From assembly GCF_006345805.1 (NCBI RefSeq), contig NC_043004.1, forward strand, positions 1,860,001-1,924,000: a DNA stretch of 64,000 bases, in the 5' to 3' direction. A model generated the notes under the pieces. It worked only from the letters and a program-made list of their open reading frames with translations, did no database searches and was not told where the DNA came from. A program made the position numbers and the translations under genes. This DNA is from Octopus sinensis. Lineage: Eukaryota. Shown piece by piece: positions 56,137-64,000 of this stretch; position 1 is the first letter of the stretch; the number at the start of each line of letters is the position of its first letter.

Positions 56137-56321
56137 TAGGTATTTCGTCTGTCGTTACGTTCTGAGTTCAAATTCCGCCGAGGTCGACTTTGCCTTTCAT
56201 CCTTTCGGGGTCGATAAATAAAGTACCAGTTTCACACTGGGGTCGATGTAATCGACTTAGTACCTTTGTCTTTCCTTGTTTTTCCTCTCTATGTTTAGCC
56301 CCTTGTGGGTAATAAAGAAAT
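56137..56321 (+). mobile_element. Headless SINE family A unit with 18-bp TSD
   Basis: ttatatcaatttctgttt at 56119-56136 and 56322-56339; begins at aggtatttcgtctg. Confidence 0.85.
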
Positions 56322-58804
56322 TTATATCAATTTCTGTTTAAAATATAATATCTGAATTATTTTCTCTTTCTTATTTCTTTCATGTTTTTATGAAATTTGC
56401 TTTTGCGATATTTTGACCAGATTGTTCCACTTTACTTCTTTTAAATTGATGTAACCAAATTATAAAAAGAAAAGCCTTTTCTTCCTTATAGCCTGAGTCT
56501 ATCCGACAGTTCTTTGTGACGAACCTCTTGATGCCATAATACTTAACAGGGTAAGGAGACCGTAGCTACTTATGCCAAGGGAACATGTCCGGACTTACAT
56601 AAGCATATGGATATAATATGCACATACATATGTGCGCATGTTTTTTTTTTGCATATTAGAGATATGTGTGTGTATGTTATGCTAAGATATACAGCAGAAG
56701 AATGATATTTTAAAATAATTTCTGTTTACATGTCACTGAGATTCAAACTGAGTTTTCCAGTTGCAGTCCGTGTCTACGTATACATTTGCAAACGTTGCAA
56801 ATAAATTCCATTTACTTCCTGTTTGAACATTTCGTGAAAGTTAGGCGACACGTAGTTTTTACCGAAATAAATGTAGCATCCTACGCTTACGTTTTCATAG
56901 CATCAAACATCTTAAATTAAAAACATATTCTGGAAAATATTTTTCAATAACTTCATTTCTGAATACTTTTTCACGTTCGTTATAATATATCAGAAATAGA
57001 ATCAGACGGCAATATTTAAATCGAAAATTCTTTCAACACTTACAAGAAAATTGCTATCAGAAAACATTTAGCGTTTTGACGTATTTCCCAATCCTCGTCT
57101 TTTAAATGTCTTTCAAATTTCTTTTCTCTATATGTCATTCATCATATTAAATATAACAGAGGTGGTTTCGAAAACAAACAAAACTCACTAACATTTTGAT
57201 GTATTCTGTTTAGTGACCAACTGACGTTCATAATGAAATAAACAACCTATCAATTCTCTCCTTCAAGAAGGAAGTATGGGTTAAAATATCAATTTGATTA
57301 CACCTTCAAAGAAAATATCTAATGTAATGACAAAACCAGTAAACTTTGCACTTTTTGCTGTAATATTTTGTAAATCAATAGTCCTGAAATAATGAAATTC
57401 GTCACATAAGTCTAAAATGTATTTATGGTTGTAGAAGAGCATACATTTATATAATAAAATGTCTATGTAGGAAGATACATTTTGACAAGGAGAACAAATG
57501 CCATCTGAGTAATTCAATATAGCATTTCTTTGCAGCCAGTCTAATTTTCTTTACAACTTCGTTTACAGATGGACAATAAGCATATCCTAGCTAATCTTGT
57601 ATTTTCAAAGCTAGTAGGAATGGCCAATGACAAATGTTCTGTTTATTTTGAACAGGTTAATAACCATAATTTATTTCCTTTTACTTATATTACTACATTT
57701 TCTTTGTTATTCATTTATAACAATCAAAGGTGTATGGTAATTTAAAGAAAATGTTTTCTTTTTGTATGTTATTTAATGCTATTACGTGTGGCTCGAACGA
57801 AAGGTGAAAATGGAAGAAGAAATGAAAAATTTGTTATTAATAATACCAGGTTATGAGTTCAAAGTTTTAGTCTTTAGCCATCGTGGTATTCTTGTGACTG
57901 GGTCTTTTTCATCAAGGAATTTTCATGCACATTTGTTGTGTCGTTGTTTTAGTTTATTCCCATCTTTGCTTCCTTCCATTTTATCATATTGCTGTAGTCA
58001 TGGGAAAATGTGATTCTAGGTTTATACCTGTGACAGTAACATCCTAATAGTGCAACACCTAGTGACGTGGTATAGCAAATGAGAATGGTATTTTAAGTAT
58101 ACAATATTGGATGTAGATCCACCATTTTGCCTGAGAGATGTCATAACATAAATAGCGGCACACCAGCTTAATTATTGTGGAGGTTTCTTATTAAAACCTC
58201 TACTTAACTTACTACTTATGGCAGGATGTTCTACACAGCTTTCACGTATATTAGTTTATTTTTATTTAACTTGAAGCTTAAACAAATATTAGTTAAGCAA
58301 CGAATTTTAGACAAAAACTTGCGTATTATTCAGTCAGTTTATCATATAAATACGTGTTTAATTTAGCAGGGGGGAAAATATTTGAATTAATTTACCGTTA
58401 TCTTCATCAAATTCATTGAAGATCCGCATCGTTGAAAAGTACCAACAAATTAAAATATCAGGTACTACTGGTGGCTGCTCCGGTGAAGTTTTCCAGCTTA
58501 ATGTACTATTTATTTTTATCTAAGTGAATGAGCGAAATCTTTCATATCAACATTTAGGTAGAACATTTAAGATACCATCATAAAGGTACCCATACGATAA
58601 TACACAATGAGAACGTGTTGGTCAACACATGATAGCTATTGCTTAGTTAGGAACACACAGAAGGTGAGCTTTGATGTTTATTATGCTTTCGCCCGTTGTT
58701 GGAGCATTGAGACTCTGATGCTGTTCGCAATTCTTAAATGTAATTAAGAATAGGATCTGGGGTGAATACTGAATTTGAAAACGAAATTCAACATCACAAA
58801 TATT

Positions 58805-59018
58805 CTTTTCTACTCTAGGCACAAGGCCTGAAATTTTGGGGGAAGGGGTCAGTCGATTATATCGACCCCAGTGCGTAACTGGTACTTAATTTATCGGCTC
58901 TGAAAGGATTAAAGGCAAAGTCGACCTCGGCGGAATTTGAACTGGGAACGTAACGGCAGACAACATATCGCTAAGCATTCCACCCGGCATGCTAACGCTT
59001 CTGCCAGCTCGCCGCCTT
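58805..59018 (-). mobile_element. SINE family A monomer, tail 2, 15-bp TSD
   Basis: aacat(c/g)acaaatatt at 58790-58804 and 59019-59033. Confidence 0.85.
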
Positions 59019-59425
59019 AACATGACAAATATTATAACTGAAAAATAGAATAAAGGATAAAGAATCTAAATCATTTATCAAATATTTCTGCTTGCTAAAC
59101 TCAATACTGGATACATTTTAGTTATGTTACCAAGTGGACGATTCAATGTTTGACAATATTCCCCTAGGTGAAATTGTTTCAGTACCTGTATAGCATTTTT
59201 AATCCAACCAGTTGCCAGACAATTACAACGTCACCTTATATGTATATATATGAGAGGAATTGGTATCTAGAAGATCCAAAGAATGGCAGGTAAGCGCTAG
59301 TTAAACTCTTGGTTCGATAGTGATACGGGTGAGGAGTGTAATATGGGTCTTGTATTAGCGTGCATATATATAGACAAGGCGCTGAGGAGTTTTGAGGACA
59401 TCTATAAGGAAAAATATGTAGATAT

Positions 59426-59475
59426 AGACTTACAGCTATTACTGCGATATTACGGATTTCCTTTCATCAGTGACG
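59426..59475 (-). ncRNA. Degenerate hammerhead motif related to the 55360 type
   Basis: Minus strand CUGAUGA-21 nt-GuAA-uAGCUG-UA; helices are poorly preserved. Confidence 0.4.
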
Positions 59476-60030
59476 ATGTGAGATGGTTGAATAGAGGTAA
59501 ATATTTGAGTTCGAAATAAGGAATTATTGTGGAAAAGGAGGAGATAGAGAATACAGAGGGAAATAAATGAATAAAAGTAGAAATAAAATATAGAATACAA
59601 ACCATATAAAGATATATAAAACATATAAAGTTTCTACACATCACTTTCCGCGAATAACGGAATTGCAACTACAATATCTTAATATATTTTATATTTTATA
59701 GGCTTTTGTTATCTCATTTGGTCTAGCATTTTGTCTACACATCTATTGTTGTATTTTGGGATGGTCTGCAATTAACATTATTCTCTCAGTGCCCAGCCTT
59801 TATCATTGTGGAGAAATAAATACAACAAATAGCCGTTTTTATAGTCAGAATTCAATAAGCTAGACTACATTCTCACAAGATCAAAGCTGCAAATAGATTT
59901 TAACCGAGTTGATCCGAGTTCGAGGCGTACGACAGAAGCGGTGTTGTTTTCGTCACAGTCTGGTCGATGAAGTGAGAAGCGGTTAGACACCCATTTCAAG
60001 CTATTCAATTACAATTCTCTTCTATCTCTC

Positions 60031-60242
60031 TTAGTCTTTTACTTGTTTCAGTCATTTGACTGTAGCCATGCTGGAGCACTGCCTTTGGTCGATCAAATCG
60101 ACCGCAGGACTTATTCGTTGTAAGCATAGTACTTATTTTATCCGTCTATTTTGTCGAACCGCTAAGTTACGGGGATGTAAACACACAGGCATCGGTTGTC
60201 AAGCGATGTTCGGGGACAAACACAGAGACACAAACATACACA

Positions 60243-60273
<31 letters not shown>

Positions 60274-60464
60274 CACATATATATATATATTTATATACAT
60301 ATATACGACGGGCTTCTTTCAGTTTCCGTCTACCAAATCCCCCCTCAAGTCTTTGGTTGGCCCGAGGCTATACTAGTAGACACTTGCCCAAGGTGCCACG
60401 CAGTGGGACTGAACTCGGAACCATGTGGTTCGTAAGCAAGCTACTTACCACACAGCCACTCCTG
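60031..60464 (-). mobile_element. SINE family B, full length
   Basis: Reverse-complement match to 48959-49392. Confidence 0.88.
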
Positions 60465-61332
60465 CTTTTCGTGAAAAGATATCTAAATTACTATTGTGCT
60501 CGGCCATACGTACATAAAGTTTGAGGACAACATCAGTATTTCATGCGTTTAACAAAATAATGCAACGTCATGCAAAACTTACAAGCAAGGATTGAAACCG
60601 TGGTGCTGTCTCGTCTTTAATCATAAAAGGCTCGAAATTCATCTCTGTTTTATATTTTGTTGCTATCCTAAAGTGGAGTACCTTGCTGAGTCCTGTAAAA
60701 TATGATATTCTTGACTTGGGTAACAGTTAAAGAAATAGCTATATCGGCGAAGAAGTATGTACTACCAGGAACTGTATCTACTGAGAGATTACCACTTTAC
60801 GCACTCTACGGAAATAACGATTACGATATAAACTACCTGTAAACGGGGAAAAATATCTTATAATTGATTATTTGACAATGCACATTCAATCTATATAACA
60901 AGTTCACTTTGAATAATTAAACTTGTGAATCTGTTACACCAGGAGATGAGATTATATATTTATTAAACACAATAAAATATCAGAAATAACGGTTTCATTT
61001 TATTAACACGAATATCTTAAAGCTATGGAAAGGCACGTGACTTAGTAGATCAGTAAATGGACTTCGATAAGGTCATGGGTTCGATTCCTTTACAGAGAGA
61101 AGCATTATATCCTCAAATGAGGTACTTTATTTCATGTTGCTCCGGCGTATTAAGACAGATAGAATTCCCGATTAGGATCAAGTTCACAATGATACGACTA
61201 AAATCTTGAAGCACGATCAAAGACAACACTTACTGTGGACTGCTATGTTCTGCCTTCACCCTCCGCTCACAAGGGAAGAAACAGGAATTTATGACATTTA
61301 TTTCCCAAAGCCGTTATTATTTACTTAATTAG

Positions 61333-61660
61333 GGCGGTCGAGTTTAGAAAATCGTTATCGCTCCGGATAAAATGCTTAACGGCATTTTTTGCGACTTTGC
61401 GTTCTGAGTTCAAATTCAACTGGGATCGACTTTGTCTTTTCTCCTTTTGAGGTTGATGGAATATGTACCAGTTATGCACTGGGTTCAATGAAAAACGAAA
61501 GGTGTTGACCCGAGCGAAATAAATTGCACAGCGGCATTTCGCCCGTCCTTACGTTCAGAGTTCAAATTCTACCGGGATCGACTTTGCCTTTCATCCTTTC
61601 GGGGTCGATCTAACTGACTTACCCCTCACCCGAAACTGTTGGCCTTGCGCCAAAAATCTG
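61333..61660 (+). mobile_element. Two diverged SINE family A units
   Basis: Two gagttcaaattc...gatcgactttg bodies. Confidence 0.7.
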
Positions 61661-62039
61661 AAGCTAACATTATTCTTAAATGAAATGACTGAGAATTGGA
61701 AATGTTTCGCGAGTATGTTATTCCACACGTTTCGTTTTGCTCCAAGGCGCAGCACCGTATATATGATGTATCAGCGTTAGTGTTTCGGACACGATTAGAG
61801 GCCAGCGTTGGGTGCAAGGCTACAAGGGTGGAGAAGGTTAATGTGAAAGTGAGATCTGAAATTGATATGAAAAATGGAAAATACAATTGTTGAGGTAAAG
61901 AGCGGCGAGAGGAGATAAAGTGAATGTCTAGAAAATGAAGTGAACAAGCTGCATATATGTCAAGCAGTGTAAAGAAAAACAAAACAAGAGTTAACGGTCT
62001 TATTGAATAAAATAAAAAGAAGAAACTTTTGTAAAACAA

Positions 62040-63289
62040 AGCAAAATAAATGAAGAAAAATTAAGAAAAACTGAGAGAGAAACAAGAAGGCAAGAAAAGA
62101 AGAAAATGGGAAGATTTACACAAAACAGAAGAAGAGAAAGAGAAGAGAGTAGGAAATAAGAGGGAGGGGGATTGAGGAGCTGTGGAAGAGAGTGAGAGAG
62201 GAGGGGAGAGGGAAAGAGAGAGGGAGAGATCTTTAATAAAATTTAAAGAAGCAAGGGACGTGAGATGAAGCAAGAGAACAAGAGAAGGGGAGGAGAGAAA
62301 CAGAGGCAGTTAAAAAGAGAGACAGACCAAAGAGGGGAGGTGAGAGGAACGGAGGGATGCTTTGAGAAAAAGTTAAAGAAATGAGAGAAATATGTAAGAG
62401 GGGGAGGAGGAGGGGAAGGGGGAGGAATGGGAGGTGGAGGATGAATTCGAGAGGTGCGAGAAAGAAAGAGATGCTACAGTAACAGCTGTCGGTGAAGTGA
62501 ATGAAGGAAAATGATGGGAGCGAAAACAATAAAAGAAGACCATTAGTAAAGAATAGGGTTCTGTAAGATGATTTACGAGGTAGGGAGGAGGTGGGGGGAG
62601 GAGAAAAGCAGGAGAAAGAGTGAGATTGAATAATAATAACAATGAGAAGAAGAAGAAGGAGAAGGAGAAGAAGAAGAAGAAGAAGAAGAAGAAGAAGAAG
62701 AAGAAGAAGAAGAAGAAGAAGGAGAAGAATGATAATAATAATAAGAGAAGCAAAGAGTGATTCGTTGGCACATTGTATAGATTGCCAGAAGCTTAGAGAC
62801 GTAGGGTGGGGGGGGAAAGGATGATGTGAATGCATGCATCCCAACATGCATTAGGGCCATTACCTGCAGGCTCAGTCCAGACTATGTCTTGCGGCAGCAA
62901 TTCTTGAGAATTAGCCGTAATTTCGCTCACCCAAATCCGATTGAGAGTTTGTGCATTCACAAAATTTGAGTAAATGATAAATAAATAAATTCGTGGCATA
63001 ATAATAACAGCCACAAAAAATGATAAAGACCACATACATACATACATATATACACACCCATACACACACATACATGCACATATATATATATATATATATA
63101 TATATACTTATACATATAAATACAAACGCATTCATAACCATGGAATACACTCGTCCGTACAGACACAAACAAATCATACACACACACACACTCACACGGA
63201 AACACGTCAACATATAATCCAACTATAACAATTTGTTTATTCACGCTTGCGCAGGATAGATACATGCACACGTATTTGTTGTCTAAGAG

Positions 63290-63320
<31 letters not shown>

Positions 63321-63413
63321 TATATATATATCGAGAGAGAGAGAAATAGAAAGAGAGACTGTTTGAAGTATATATATACATATATATATATAATATATAT
63401 TATATATATATAT

Positions 63414-63474
<61 letters not shown>

Positions 63475-63709
63475 GAGATAGATAGATAGTTGATAGATAG
63501 ATAGTAGATAGATAGTAGATAGATAGATAGTAGGTAGATAGTAGATAGATAGTAGATAGATAGATAGATAGACAAACAGATAGACAGATAGATATATGCG
63601 TGTGTGTGTATTATATTTGTGAGTGTATGTGCGACTGTTCAGATGAATGAACCTAATGTGTTGTGATAAGAAAAATGCATAGAAAAAAAGTAACAGGCAA
63701 CAATGAAGG

Positions 63710-63762
<53 letters not shown>
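62040..63762. repeat. Purine-rich low complexity with (GAA)n, (TA)n, (GATA)n and (GA)n
   Basis: Directly visible. Confidence 0.85.
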
Positions 63763-63764
<2 letters not shown>

Positions 63765-64000
63765 GCGAAGAAGTCTGAATGCAGCAGAAAGGGATTTTTG
63801 CCGTGGGCTGCTTTTACTGTTCCCTCAGTGTTGTGTTAAGCGTTGAAGAAGACAAACATCGTTAGCTCTTATTAGCGGAAGTTTCCATCAATTTACTTGT
63901 TGTTCACTTCCCTCAGTGTTTACACCTTGTTTCCTTGTCTCTTCCTCGGTCTTCATTTCTCATTGTATCTTATTCTAAGGAGCCTCATTTTTTTTTCGTT

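Overview
AT-rich, microsatellite-dense eukaryotic intergenic or intronic DNA. I can support no host protein-coding gene here. The repeat families and TTAGGG telomere-type repeats suggest an octopus or coleoid genome (inference). Real coding signal is limited to two R4/Dong-type non-LTR retrotransposons (RT + CCHC + restriction-like endonuclease) inserted in (TAA)n arrays, plus decayed Penelope, RTE and CR1-like relics. There are about 20 tRNA-derived SINE copies in three families and several MITEs. One long-TIR MITE carries an outward-facing (CCCTAA)n/(TTAGGG)n cassette. The least expected signal is a set of minimal type-I hammerhead ribozyme (HHR) motifs read directly from the sequence. The best one (17364-17406) caps a long G-U-supported rod inside a ~334-bp partially tandem, non-coding unit, making it a candidate retrozyme / ribozyme circular RNA element. 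Most short ORFs in the track are translations of simple repeats.
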